Source: a bacterium
GTDB lineage: Bacteria > UBA8248 > JACPRG01 > G963555815
DNA length: 64,000 nucleotides
NCBI GenBank assembly: GCA_965261595.1
Contig: CBDHDG010000006.1
Span: 1,056,001 to 1,120,000 of the forward strand
Direction: 5' to 3'
A program made the translations under genes and the position numbers. Shown one piece after another: positions 9,405 through 18,965 of the stretch (position 1 is its first letter; every line of letters starts with the position of its first letter). The notes under the pieces are model-generated. The model made no database searches. It was not told the origin of the DNA and saw nothing but the letters and a program-made list of their open reading frames with translations.

Positions 9405-11201
9405 ATGAAAATCAACGGAACCGAAGTGAAGGTGGTCGAAACGGACCTTCTCATCATTGGGACGGAGGCGACAGGCGGAAAGGCGGCCCTGGAGGCGGCG
9501 GACCTTTTTCCCGATTGCCGGATCACCGTCGTCAACAAGCAGATCATTGCCAGAAGCGCGGTCACCATCACCGCCGTGGCCACATACAACGCCGCCGTGA
9601 ACCCCTACGACCATCCCGACATCCACACGGCGGACACCATCAACGGCGGTGGGCACCTGGCGGACCAGACCCTGACGAAGATCATGTGCGACCTCGGCCC
9701 GCAGTGCGTCCATGAGATGGAGGCGTGGGGATGCAAGTTCGCCCGCCAGGAGAAGAACCGCGAGCTCTTTGACTGCTTCGAGTACCCGGGGCACTCCAAG
9801 GCGCGGGGGACGTACACCTTCCCCTATGGGACCACGGGCCGGAAGATGGTCCAGATCATGAAGCGGCAACTCTTCAAACGGCCCAACGTCCAGATCCTGA
9901 ACGACACCTACATCTCGGACATGCTGATGGCCGACGGCCGGTGCGTGGGCGCGCTGGGGGTGAGCCTGGTCAACACCCAACCCATCGTCATCCGGGCCAA
10001 AGCCGTCATCATCGGCGCGGGCGGGGGGATGGAGATCTTCAAGAACAGCGACGCCGCCCGGGACGCCACGGGCAACGGCTACGGCTGGGCCTATCGCGCC
10101 GGCAGCACGCTGATCGACATGGAGCTCGTCCAGTTCTTCCCCACCAACGTTGTGACGCCCAAAACGATGTACGCCCAGCAGCCCGTCGCGGTCATCCGGT
10201 ACGCCCTCGGCGCCCGGCTCTACAACAACAAGGGCGAGCGCTTCATGCACCGCTACGACCCGGTACGCGGAGAGTACAGCACGCGGGACCTGACCTCCCG
10301 GGCCATGTGGATGGAGATCCTCGCGGGACGCGGCGGCCCCAACGGCGGGGTCTATCTCTCTGTCGCGCATCTGCCCGACAACGTCATCGACAACTGGGTC
10401 GCCAAGAACAACCCGGGCTACAACTTCGGCGGCGTGAAGCTCGAGGAGGAGGGCGTCGACATCAAGCGCGACGGCCTCGAAGTCGCTCCGATGGCGCACT
10501 TCTACCTGGGCGGCATCCTGATCAACGAGCGGTGCGAGTCGGACATCCCCGGCATGTACGCCGCGGGCGAGGTCGCGGGCAACCTCCACGGCGCGAACCG
10601 CCTGGGCGGAAACGCCCTCACCGACTGCCAGGTCTTCGGCAAAATTGCGGGCGCCGAGGCCGCGAAATACGCCTCGACCCAAGAGGGGCTCGGGCCCGTC
10701 AACGAGGATCAGGTCCGGGACCTGGTCGGAAAGATCGACGCCATGTACAAGCGCGAGGAGGGAACCGCCCCCCATGTGACGCGCGACAAGGTCCGCGACG
10801 CCTTGTACGACGTCAGCCTGGTCAAGCACGCGGACTGGATCGAAAAGGCCATGGGCATCCTGAAAGATGTGAGGGAAAACGACCTCCCCGCGGTCAGCCT
10901 GACCGGAAAGGCCAAGTCCTTCAACAAGGAGCTGATGCTCGCCCTGGAGAACGAAGACCTGCTCCTGACGGCCGAGCTCCACCTGAAAGGCGCTCTCATG
11001 CGCGAAGAGACCCGGGGGGCCCAGTGCCGCACCGATTTCCCGGATACGGACAACGAAAACTGGTGCAAGAACATCCTCTACCGGAAGGACGGCGACGATG
11101 TGAAGATGTGGACCCGGGACGTGGATTTTCACTTCTACAAGCCGGATTGGGTCGTCGAGAAGGAGAAGGAAGCGGCCGGCGCGGCTCAGAACGGGCAATA
11201 A
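9405..11201 (+). CDS. SdhA/FrdA/TfrA-family flavoprotein, substrate unknown
   Basis: TGNG, DMELVQFFPT, HFYLGG, AAGEV.GNLHGANRLGGNAL and REETRGAQCRTDFP motifs; AAGGAG RBS. Confidence 0.85.
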   Translation: MKINGTEVKVVETDLLIIGTEATGGKAALEAADLFPDCRITVVNKQIIARSAVTITAVATYNAAVNPYDHPDIHTADTINGGGHLADQTLTKIMCDLGPQCVHEMEAWGCKFARQEKNRELFDCFEYPGHSKARGTYTFPYGTTGRKMVQIMKRQLFKRPNVQILNDTYISDMLMADGRCVGALGVSLVNTQPIVIRAKAVIIGAGGGMEIFKNSDAARDATGNGYGWAYRAGSTLIDMELVQFFPTNVVTPKTMYAQQPVAVIRYALGARLYNNKGERFMHRYDPVRGEYSTRDLTSRAMWMEILAGRGGPNGGVYLSVAHLPDNVIDNWVAKNNPGYNFGGVKLEEEGVDIKRDGLEVAPMAHFYLGGILINERCESDIPGMYAAGEVAGNLHGANRLGGNALTDCQVFGKIAGAEAAKYASTQEGLGPVNEDQVRDLVGKIDAMYKREEGTAPHVTRDKVRDALYDVSLVKHADWIEKAMGILKDVRENDLPAVSLTGKAKSFNKELMLALENEDLLLTAELHLKGALMREETRGAQCRTDFPDTDNENWCKNILYRKDGDDVKMWTRDVDFHFYKPDWVVEKEKEAAGAAQNGQ

Positions 11202-11404
11202 GGCGCGGCGGGCACGGTGTCCGCCGCCCGCCCGGGGACCGTCCGATCACCCCGGGAGAAACGGCGCGGTTGACTTGTCTTTTGTCCGCCGTCTACGATG
11301 AAGGCGACACGTCGTTATCGTGGGAAGAAAGAAGCGCCCGTGCGGAATGAATCGGCCGGGCCGTAGGCCGGAAGCCGATTCTGACATAAAAAGGAGATGG
11401 ACCC

Positions 11405-12079
11405 ATGGCCCGTGACACGCTCGACACCCTGGCCAAAAAAGTGGACCCGAACAACGCGGCCCTTCTGGTCGTGGACGTCCAGAACGATTTCGCCGCCGAG
11501 GGCGGGATGATGGACCGCGAGGGGAACGACCTCAGCATGTCCCAGGCAATCATTCCCCGTCTGGAACAGTTGATCGACGAGGCGCGGGAGGCGGACGTTC
11601 CGGTCATTTTCATCCGGAACGTCTACAACACCGACGCCAACTGGTACCTCTCGGACGTCTGGCTGGAGCAGGCCGCCCGGGTGCGGCAGGGAAGCTACGT
11701 CATCCACTCCGTGTGCGCCCCCGACTCCTGGGCGGGAGACTTCTACAAGGTCCGCCCGACGGACAAGGACGTCATCGTCACCAAGCACCGGTTCAGCGCG
11801 TTTCAGGACACCGACCTGGACCTGATCCTGCGAAGCCGGGGCGTTCGCACGCTCATCATGACGGGCATCGCCACCAACGTCTGCGTGGAGAGCACCGCCC
11901 GGGACGGTTTCTTCCGGGATTACTACATCGCCTTCACGTCCGACTGCACGGCCACCTTTTCAAAGGAAGACCACGAAGGCACGTTGAAAAACATCCGCCG
12001 CTTTTTCGGGGAAGTCGTGAGCGCGGATGAAGTCGCGTCCTGCTGGAAGACGGCGGCGGTCAAGGCTGAGACGGTTTAG
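11405..12079 (+). CDS. Isochorismatase/cysteine hydrolase family (RutB-like)
   Basis: VVDVQNDF, KHRFSAF..TDLD..LR and GIATNVCVESTARD motifs; AAGGAG RBS. Confidence 0.88.
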   Translation: MARDTLDTLAKKVDPNNAALLVVDVQNDFAAEGGMMDREGNDLSMSQAIIPRLEQLIDEAREADVPVIFIRNVYNTDANWYLSDVWLEQAARVRQGSYVIHSVCAPDSWAGDFYKVRPTDKDVIVTKHRFSAFQDTDLDLILRSRGVRTLIMTGIATNVCVESTARDGFFRDYYIAFTSDCTATFSKEDHEGTLKNIRRFFGEVVSADEVASCWKTAAVKAETV

Positions 12080-12122
12080 AAGGACCCGGCCGCCGACCGG
12101 GGACCGGGAGGGAGAATTCTCG

Positions 12123-13629
12123 ATGAAAACGCCTGCCCGGTTTCGACTTCCGAGGGCCGCCGGGACGCTTGTTTGGGTTGCTCTTTCGGTTGCGGGGCTT
12201 TTTTGCCTGCCCTCCGCCGTGTGGTCTCATGGCCTCAACGCGGGGATCAACACGCCGATCTCCGAGCCCACGCTGGAGGCCTTTCGGGTTCCGGCGATTC
12301 TGTTCGGCGCGCTTCTCCTCGTCTGTCTCGTCGCCCTCCGGTTTTTGCGCGGCTCGGAATACCTCGAATCGGGTGCGCGGCTTCAGCCGGAGCGCCCGGC
12401 TTCTCCTGATGCGGGGTCCCTTCCTGGGCATCGGCCTCGGCGTCTGGAACCTTCTGTTCAACCTCTATCTCCTGGCGCTGGGCTTCGAGACCGCGTTCGT
12501 CGTCAAGATGATCGCCGTCAATTGGCTCCTGCACGGCCTGATGGTGATTCCCGCCGGGATGATCTCGGACCTGTTCGGACGGCGCAACACCTACTTGATC
12601 TTGTACGCCGCGAACGTCGTGTCCAAGGTTCTGTTGTTGATCACGCTGAACCCCGCGTGGCTGCTGGCGATCAACGCCTTCAACGGCGGGGCCGAGGGTT
12701 TTCACGCCATTGTGGGGCCCCCCTTCCTGACCGAGCAGAGCAAGCCCGAGGAGCGCGTTCACCTGTTCAGCCTGGATTCGGTTTTGAGAACCGGCTCCAG
12801 CTTCATGGGCACGCTCGTCGCGGGGGTTTTGCCGCTTATTGTGGTGTTGACCTTGGGGGTCAGCTCCGGCGGCGCGGGGGCCTTTCGAGGGGCGCTGCTC
12901 CTGTCCTTGCCGTTCATGGCGGCGGCCTGGATCCCCATCTTCATGATTCACGAGGATTGGCAGCGTCTGTCCCTGCAGAAGTGGTGGAGCGGTCTCCGGA
13001 GTTATCGCCATATCTCGATGCTGGCCCTGACCTCGGGGCTGATGAGCGTCGGCCTCGGGGCGACGGCGCCGTTCTACAACGTCTATTTCGCGTCCAAGTT
13101 GCACGCGACCACCGAGAGCATCGGATTGATCTTTTCCTTGGGCGCCCTGGCGGTGGCCGGGGCCACGTTCCTTACGCCGATGTTGGTTCAAAGGTGGGGC
13201 AAGGTGAACACGATTGTCTGGCTCAGGATGGCGGGCATCCCCTTCGTCCTCCTGATGGGCATGGCCGACAGTCTCCTTTTGGCGGCGGTTTCCTACTTTT
13301 TCGTTTTGGTCCTGATCGGCTCCATTTTCCCGACGCTGGGGATGGTGGACCCCGTGTACCAGCTTTTTCCGATGGAGCTCGTTGAGCCCGCCGAGCGGGG
13401 GACGACCAACGGCGTCATTCACGCCTTCAAGGAGTTCCCGATGGCCATCGGCTCGGCGGTGGCCGGGTTCTTTCTCGCCCAAAACCTGTGGCTCCCGACG
13501 TTTTGGATCGCGGCCATCTGTTATGCGGCGTCCTTCGTGATCTACCTGGTCTATTTCAAGCGCTTCGACGTTCGGGCCGGCGCGGCCGCGCCTTCCGTCG
13601 CCGTCTCGGAGCCGAAGGGGGCCGCGTAG
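12123..13629 (+). pseudogene. MFS transporter with a single frameshift near 12366 (possibly sequencing error)
   Basis: RBS plus ATG 12123 gives an N-terminal hydrophobic part. One extra base precedes NRVRGFSRSARLLL. Downstream are GMISDLFGRR and about 12 hydrophobic segments. Confidence 0.75.
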
Positions 13630-13706
13630 GAGCGGAAGCGGGCAAGGGGTCGTCCGACCCGAACGCCCGGCTTGCCGGTTGGTGGAAAGCCGGTGTTTCT
13701 AAATAG

Positions 13707-13846
13707 GTAGGGCGGGCATCTTGCCCGCCTTCAGCGGCTATGGCCCGCGTCGCCCCGATCTAAGGGGAGTGCGGAGCCCCATGGACCGCGATTTCCGCTG
13801 ATGGGGCGGGCGTTCCGCCCGTCGCCGGGCTGGAAGCCCGGCCTAC
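13707..13846. repeat. GTAG-type REP pair in inverted orientation (REPIN-like)
   Basis: GTAG-GGCGGGCATCTTGCCCGCC and GCCGGGCTGGAAGCCCGGC-CTAC. Confidence 0.6.
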
Positions 13847-14251
13847 CGAATCACGGGCCAAAGATCTTTCCTCTTTTCCTGAAACCTTTTCCGGTTTCGT
13901 GTGTCTAATCCCACAAGAAGCAAAGGAGGCCGGTCCTGATTTGGACGGGCGTCCGAGGTTGAAAACATCGGGCGGACCCCCATGAAAGCAGGTGGCGAGG
14001 TCCCCCGTTGAGCTTCAGGCCCCAATGCCCGCGTGGCGGGGCCTACGAGAAGTTCTCCCTCCCGATCCGGGCGGCAACCCCTCCGTCGCCAGACACCCCC
14101 CCGCCCGGCTCGGGCTCCCCCTCCCCTTTTTTTGCCAAGCTTTCCCGCGCGGGGCTGCTCCCCCCTTCGCGATTTCGGTCGTGGGTCAGTTTGATTTTCC
14201 CGAGCGACAGATTCTCTGGAAAATCCGGTCAAGGTGTGCTAGCTTTAGGGC

Positions 14252-14503
14252 ATGCTTGAGCGGACCAGCAAGAGATGCCCTGCCGACTTGAACAAGCTGG
14301 CAGCCAGCATAGCCCATGCCGCGACCAAGGACGAGCCGGAAGTGTCACCAGGGGACGAGGGGAAGAACCCGCACGCGGTTGCACTGGGTCGGCTTGGTGG
14401 GTTGAAGGGCGGAAAGGCGCGTGCGGAGAAGCTGACGCCAGAGGAACGGAGCGAGATCGCACGAAGAGCGGCCAAGACCAGATGGGGGAAAAAGAAGGGC
14501 TGA
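14252..14503 (+). CDS. Small basic KGG-motif protein, IS1-associated passenger
   Basis: KNPHAVALGRLGGLKGGKARAEKLTPEERSEIARRAAKTRW. Confidence 0.7.
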   Translation: MLERTSKRCPADLNKLAASIAHAATKDEPEVSPGDEGKNPHAVALGRLGGLKGGKARAEKLTPEERSEIARRAAKTRWGKKKG

Positions 14504-14745
14504 TTTTGTGGTATCATTCTTGCTCAGTTAGTGTTGAAATTGGGCGGAATGTAGGTATATTGAAAGGCGATACCCAAAACTGGGCGGAGGAGATCATGCA
14601 AGAGCGGGCACATATCTTGAGTCCGGAGGAGTCCCTTGAGGCGGGAGAGCGTGCCCTTTTAGGAGCGGCAACTGAAGGGATGTCCAGAGAAGACAGGCTT
14701 GAGGCCAGAGAAGTCTTACGCTCCAAGGGTGTTCCAGAAAAGACC

Positions 14746-15900
14746 TGGACCGCCCCTGGGTTATTGGACACTCGGGTGAGGGTATTCGACCTCATGCGGC
14801 CTCCGCAACTTGAGCGAGTTTTTCCTGCCTTGCCTGGGCCGGCGTTCGGTAGCCGTAGCCCTCGAGAATCCAATGATGGTTGTACAGGTTCTTGAACTCA
14901 AGCAGCGCCCACCGCAGTTCCTCTACGGTGGCGAAAGAGCGCACCCACAGGAGATTCTCCTTCAAGGTGCGGATAAACCACTCACAGTAGCCATTTCCCT
15001 CGGGCGCCCGCACGAAGCTGGGCGAACTGGTCATGCCCAGGTAGGCGATCTCCCGCTGAAAGTCATCGGACAGATAGGCGGGGCCGTGGTCGTGACGAAC
15101 TTTAAGCCCCTCGGCGACATCCGCCTCCAAGCCGGCGAAGCGCTCGGCGACCCCCTGCCGGATCGGCTCCAGGGCCTCGAAGCGGTTGCCGCTCTTGGCC
15201 GCATGGATCCCCACGCAGTCCACCGAGCAGTGATCCACCGCCACGAACACCGAGGCCATCCCCTCCTCGGTGGTCACCGTCGTCGTCATGTCCGTGCCCC
15301 ACATTCGGTCGGGCCGCTCGGTGCGGATGGTCCCGTTGTGGGCCTTGGGACCTCGGGGTTTGCCCACCCGGTGGGGGGCCTGAAGCCCCGCCTCCCGCAT
15401 CAGGCGACGCACCCGCTCCTTGCTGGTGCGGATGCCCGCGAAGCGCAGCCTCGCCCACACCTTGCGGTAGCCCTCGCCATGGAAGGGAGAGTCCTCCAGG
15501 ACCTGCCGGATGTGGCCGAGGAGTTCCGCATCGGTGCACGGGCCCACAGGGCCGCGCTTATTGGGCGTGGGGCGTTCATGAACGGGGACCGCCTCTCGCC
15601 GCCGTTGCGCGTAGACCGTGGAGCGCGCCAAGCCCCAAAGGGCGCACACCCGCTTCAGGCCGTAGGCTCTGCCCGTGGAGGTGAAGCGGGCCTGACTCAT
15701 CGCCTCCACCTCCTGCCGGCTAAAGGGCGGCCGGCCTCCAGGCGGTCGATCTTCTCCCGCAGGACCTCGCCCTCCATCGTGAGTTCGCCCACCTTGGCCT
15801 TGAGCCGGGCGTTCTCCTCGTCCCGCTCATCCGCCGGGCGGGCTTTGAGTGCCGCCTCGCCCCCGCGAAGGAACGCCTCGCGCCAGGCGGAAAGCCGAGC
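14746..15900 (-). mobile_element. IS3-family element type A, truncated copy (orfB 14792-15709 intact, orfA 5' part missing)
   Basis: End TGGACCGCCCCTGGGTTATTGGACAC at 14746; near-identical to the corresponding part of the copy starting at 15901. Confidence 0.9.
14792..15709 (-). CDS. IS3-family transposase OrfB (rve integrase core)
   Basis: GYRKVWARL, WGTDMT, RHDHG..Y.S..F and PEGNG..E motifs. Confidence 0.9.
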   Translation of the reverse strand: MEAMSQARFTSTGRAYGLKRVCALWGLARSTVYAQRRREAVPVHERPTPNKRGPVGPCTDAELLGHIRQVLEDSPFHGEGYRKVWARLRFAGIRTSKERVRRLMREAGLQAPHRVGKPRGPKAHNGTIRTERPDRMWGTDMTTTVTTEEGMASVFVAVDHCSVDCVGIHAAKSGNRFEALEPIRQGVAERFAGLEADVAEGLKVRHDHGPAYLSDDFQREIAYLGMTSSPSFVRAPEGNGYCEWFIRTLKENLLWVRSFATVEELRWALLEFKNLYNHHWILEGYGYRTPAQARQEKLAQVAEAA

Positions 15901-15946
15901 TGGACCGCCCCTGGGTTATTGGACACTCGGGTGAGGGTATTCGACC

Positions 15947-16864
15947 TCATGCGGCCTCCGCAACTTGAGCGAGTTTTTCCTGCCTTGCCTGGGCCGGCGT
16001 TCGGTAGCCGTAGCCCTCGAGAATCCAATGATGGTTGTACAGGTTCTTGAACTCAAGCAGCGCCCACCGCAGTTCCTCTACGGTGGCGAAAGAGCGCACC
16101 CACAGGAGATTCTCCTTCAAGATGCGGATGAACCACTCACAGTAGCCATTTCCCTCGGGCGCCCGCACGAAGCTGGGCGAACTGGTCATGCCCAGGTAGG
16201 CGATCTCCCGCTGAAAGTCATCGGACAGATAGGCGGGGCCGTGGTCGTGACGAACTTTAAGCCCCTCGGCGACGTCCGCCTCCAAGCCGGCGAAGCGCTC
16301 GGCGACCCCCTGCCGGATCGGCTCCAGGGCCTCGAAGCGGTTGCCGCTCTTGGCCGCATGGATCCCCACGCAGTCCACCGAACAGTGATCCACCGCCACG
16401 AACACCGAGGCCATCCCCTCCTCGGTGGTCACCGTCGTCGTCATGTCCGTGCCCCACATTCGGTCGGGCCGCTCGGTGCGGATGGTCCCGTTGTGGGCCT
16501 TGGGACCTCGGGGTTTGCCCACCCGGTGGGGGGCCTGAAGCCCCGCCTCCCGCATCAGGCGACGCACCCGCTCCTTGCTGGTGCGGATGCCCGCGAAGCG
16601 CAGCCTCGCCCACACCTTGCGGTAGCCCTCGCCATGGAAGGGAGAGTCCTCCAGGACCTGCCGGATGTGACCGAGGAGTTCCGCATCGGTGCACGGGCCC
16701 ACAGGGCCGCGCTTATTGGGCGTGGGGCGTTCATGAACGGGGACCGCCTCTCGCCGCCGTTGCGCGTAGACCGTGGAGCGCGCCAAGCCCCAAAGGGCGC
16801 ACACCCGCTTCAGGCCGTAGGCTCTGCCCGTGGAGGTGAAGCGGGCCTGACTCATCGCCTCCAC
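15947..16864 (-). CDS. IS3-family transposase OrfB
   Basis: Near-identical to 14792-15709. Confidence 0.9.
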   Translation of the reverse strand: MEAMSQARFTSTGRAYGLKRVCALWGLARSTVYAQRRREAVPVHERPTPNKRGPVGPCTDAELLGHIRQVLEDSPFHGEGYRKVWARLRFAGIRTSKERVRRLMREAGLQAPHRVGKPRGPKAHNGTIRTERPDRMWGTDMTTTVTTEEGMASVFVAVDHCSVDCVGIHAAKSGNRFEALEPIRQGVAERFAGLEADVAEGLKVRHDHGPAYLSDDFQREIAYLGMTSSPSFVRAPEGNGYCEWFIRILKENLLWVRSFATVEELRWALLEFKNLYNHHWILEGYGYRTPAQARQEKLAQVAEAA

Positions 16865-17238
16865 CTCCTGCCGGCTAAAGGGCGGCCGGCCTCCAGGCGG
16901 TCGATCTTCTCCCGCAGGACCTCGCCCTCCATCGTGAGTTCGCCCACCTTGGCCTTGAGCCGGGCGTTCTCCTCGGCCCGCTCATCCGCCGGGCGGGCTT
17001 TGAGCGCCGCCTCGCCCCCGCGAAGGAACGCCTCGCGCCAGGCGGAAAGCCGAGCCGCTGTCGTGCCCAACTCGCGGCAGAGCGTCTCCAGGCTCTCGCA
17101 CCGCAAAAGACGCAGGACCGCCTCCCGCTTGCGCTGGCAGGAGAACCGACCCCGCTCACTGCGATGCCCTGGGGCCTTGGCTCCGTTCGCCCTACGGGCG
17201 CCCTCCGCCAAAGCCCCCTCTTGCTTTTGTTCGTTCAT
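16852..17238 (-). CDS. IS3-family transposase OrfA (HTH plus leucine zipper)
   Basis: KREAVLRLLRCESLETLCRELG...ENARLKAKVGELTME; overlaps the start of orfB. Confidence 0.8.
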   Translation of the reverse strand: MNEQKQEGALAEGARRANGAKAPGHRSERGRFSCQRKREAVLRLLRCESLETLCRELGTTAARLSAWREAFLRGGEAALKARPADERAEENARLKAKVGELTMEGEVLREKIDRLEAGRPLAGRRWRR

Positions 17239-17304
17239 CGCGACACCCCTTTCTCCATGAATCATGGATCAATCGAGTGTCCAACAAAACCCTAGAGCGG
17301 GGGA

Positions 17305-18353
17305 GGGCGTCGCAAAGACGGGCTCACGAGCGATGAGCGGGAGGAGTTGCGCCGACTTCGCCGCGAGAACCGACAGCTCCGCCAGGAGCGGGAGATCTTA
17401 GCAAAAGCCGCGGCCTGGTTTGCTCGGGATACCGATTCGATCCCGTCCGGATCTACGGGTTCGTGAGGGCGAACCAGGCCATGTATCGGACCGCCACCAT
17501 GTGCCGGGTGCTGGGCGTCTCCTCCAGCGGCTACTACGCGTGGCGCAGGCGCGCGCCGTGTGCCCGCTCGTGTGCCGATCGGGCGCTCACCAAACGCATT
17601 CAGGCGATCCACGAGCGTTCTCGGGGGACTTACGGCGTGCCGCGCGTCCATGCCGAGTTGGAGGCTGAGGGAGTGCGTGTGGGCCGCAAGCGCGTCGCCA
17701 GGCTGATGCGTGGGGCGGGACTTGCGGGCGTCAGTCGGCGCAAGGGAGCGCGCACGACGCAGCGCCGGCAGGAGGCGCGGCCGGCCCCTGATCTGGTGGA
17801 CCGCAACTTCACGGCCGAGGCCCCCGACCGGCTGTGGGTGGCCGACATCACCTACGTTCCGACATGGGCGGGGTTTTTGTATCTGGCCGTGGCGCTCGAT
17901 GCGTTCAGCCGGCGCATCGTGGGGTGGTCGATGGCCACACACCTGCGGGCCGAGTTGGTGCTCGACGCGCTCGACATGGCGCTGTATAAGCGCCGTCCCC
18001 GGGCCGTCATCCACCACTCCGACCAGGGCACGCAGTACACCTCGGTCGCCTTTGGGCAGCGCTGCCGCCAGGCGGGCGGGCGTCCCTCCATGGGTTCGGT
18101 CGGGGACTGCTACGACAACGCGCTGTGTGAGAGCTTTTTCGCCACGCTGGAGTGCGAGCTCCTCGCTCGCCACAGTTTCCGCACCCGGGCCGAGGCGCGC
18201 ATGGAGGTGTTCGGGTTCATCGAGGGCTTCTACAACCCGCATCGTCGGCACTCCTCCATCGACAACCTGTCACCCGTTAACTACGAAAGGAGACAACAAC
18301 GCACACCCTGAAAACCCAAGTGCTTAACTCTCCACGAAACCGGGGTAAGTCCA
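17305..18353 (+). mobile_element. IS3-family element type B, 5'-truncated copy
   Basis: Matches the reverse complement of 56645-57692; right end CTCTCCACGAAACCGGGGTAAGTCCA. Confidence 0.9.
17463..18311 (+). CDS. IS3-family transposase OrfB
   Basis: [26 protein letters not shown] and [13 protein letters not shown] motifs. Confidence 0.9.
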   Translation: MRANQAMYRTATMCRVLGVSSSGYYAWRRRAPCARSCADRALTKRIQAIHERSRGTYGVPRVHAELEAEGVRVGRKRVARLMRGAGLAGVSRRKGARTTQRRQEARPAPDLVDRNFTAEAPDRLWVADITYVPTWAGFLYLAVALDAFSRRIVGWSMATHLRAELVLDALDMALYKRRPRAVIHHSDQGTQYTSVAFGQRCRQAGGRPSMGSVGDCYDNALCESFFATLECELLARHSFRTRAEARMEVFGFIEGFYNPHRRHSSIDNLSPVNYERRQQRTP

Positions 18354-18773
18354 ACAACCGATGGTCACCGCTCCCATCTTCAGGCTGTTGAAGAAATCTT
18401 TGGGGCTGATATCGACTACGCTCAGTGGGTCAAGATCTACGGCCCTGAGCCTGAGGGTGAGTCGCGGTACAGCCCTGGGAAGTGCAACGGAGCGGAGAGA
18501 CACAAGATCCAGGGAAACCCGGACCCGGACCACATCAGCACAAGCTACGTGGAGCGACAGAACCTCAATATGAGGATGAGCATGCGGAGATTCACCCGGT
18601 TGACCAATGCGTTCTCAAAGAAGGTTGAGAACCTGGAGCACGCCCTTGCGCTCCATTTCATGAATTATAATTTTGTCAGGATTCACCAGACGCTCAAGGT
18701 GACCCCGGCCATGGAAGCCGAAGTGACGGACACCCTGTGGACGCCAGAGGACGTTGCGGCCCTTGCGAATTGA
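18354..18773 (+). pseudogene. IS1-family transposase C-terminal half
   Basis: TTDGH...IDYAQWVKIYG...ISTSYVERQNLNMRMSMRRFTRLTNAFSKK...YNFVRIHQTLKVTPAM. Confidence 0.85.
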
Positions 18774-18965
18774 AACTGACCCACTAGCGCGAATTCCATC
18801 GCCTTTCAACCGGCCGTCTCTTTTGAGAGAATAGAAGCGAGCAACGGCGCTCCCGCTTGCGTGTTCACCCCGGCGTAGGGTTTGCTGTAGGATGAGCGGC
18901 TGCTCCTACGGGCCGGGTCGGAGGACACCGAAGCCCTTCATCCCTCAATGAGAGGAGGCGGATAG

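Larger units (their letters stand above)
15901..17304 (-). mobile_element. IS3-family element type A, full-length copy
   Basis: Imperfect IRs TGGACCGCCCCTGGGTTATTGGACACTCG / CGAGTGTCCAACAAAACCCTAGAGCGGGGGA. Flanks GAGC and GGGC differ. Confidence 0.9.
14177..18788 (+). mobile_element. IS1-family element disrupted by nested IS3-family elements
   Basis: Inverted ends GGTCGTGGGTCAGTTTGA (14177-14194) and TGAAACTGACCCACTAGC (18771-18788). Flanks GCGATTTC / GCGAATTC form a 7/8 target duplication. Confidence 0.75.

Noticed and set aside
8991..11201. Canonical succinate dehydrogenase sdhAB
   Set aside because: Key His residues are absent, the Fe-S subunit is truncated, and there are no anchor subunits.
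8115..11201. NHLP precursor and flavoprotein genes as one RiPP cluster
   Set aside because: They are separated by about 580 bp, and the downstream enzymes are not recognised RiPP maturase families.
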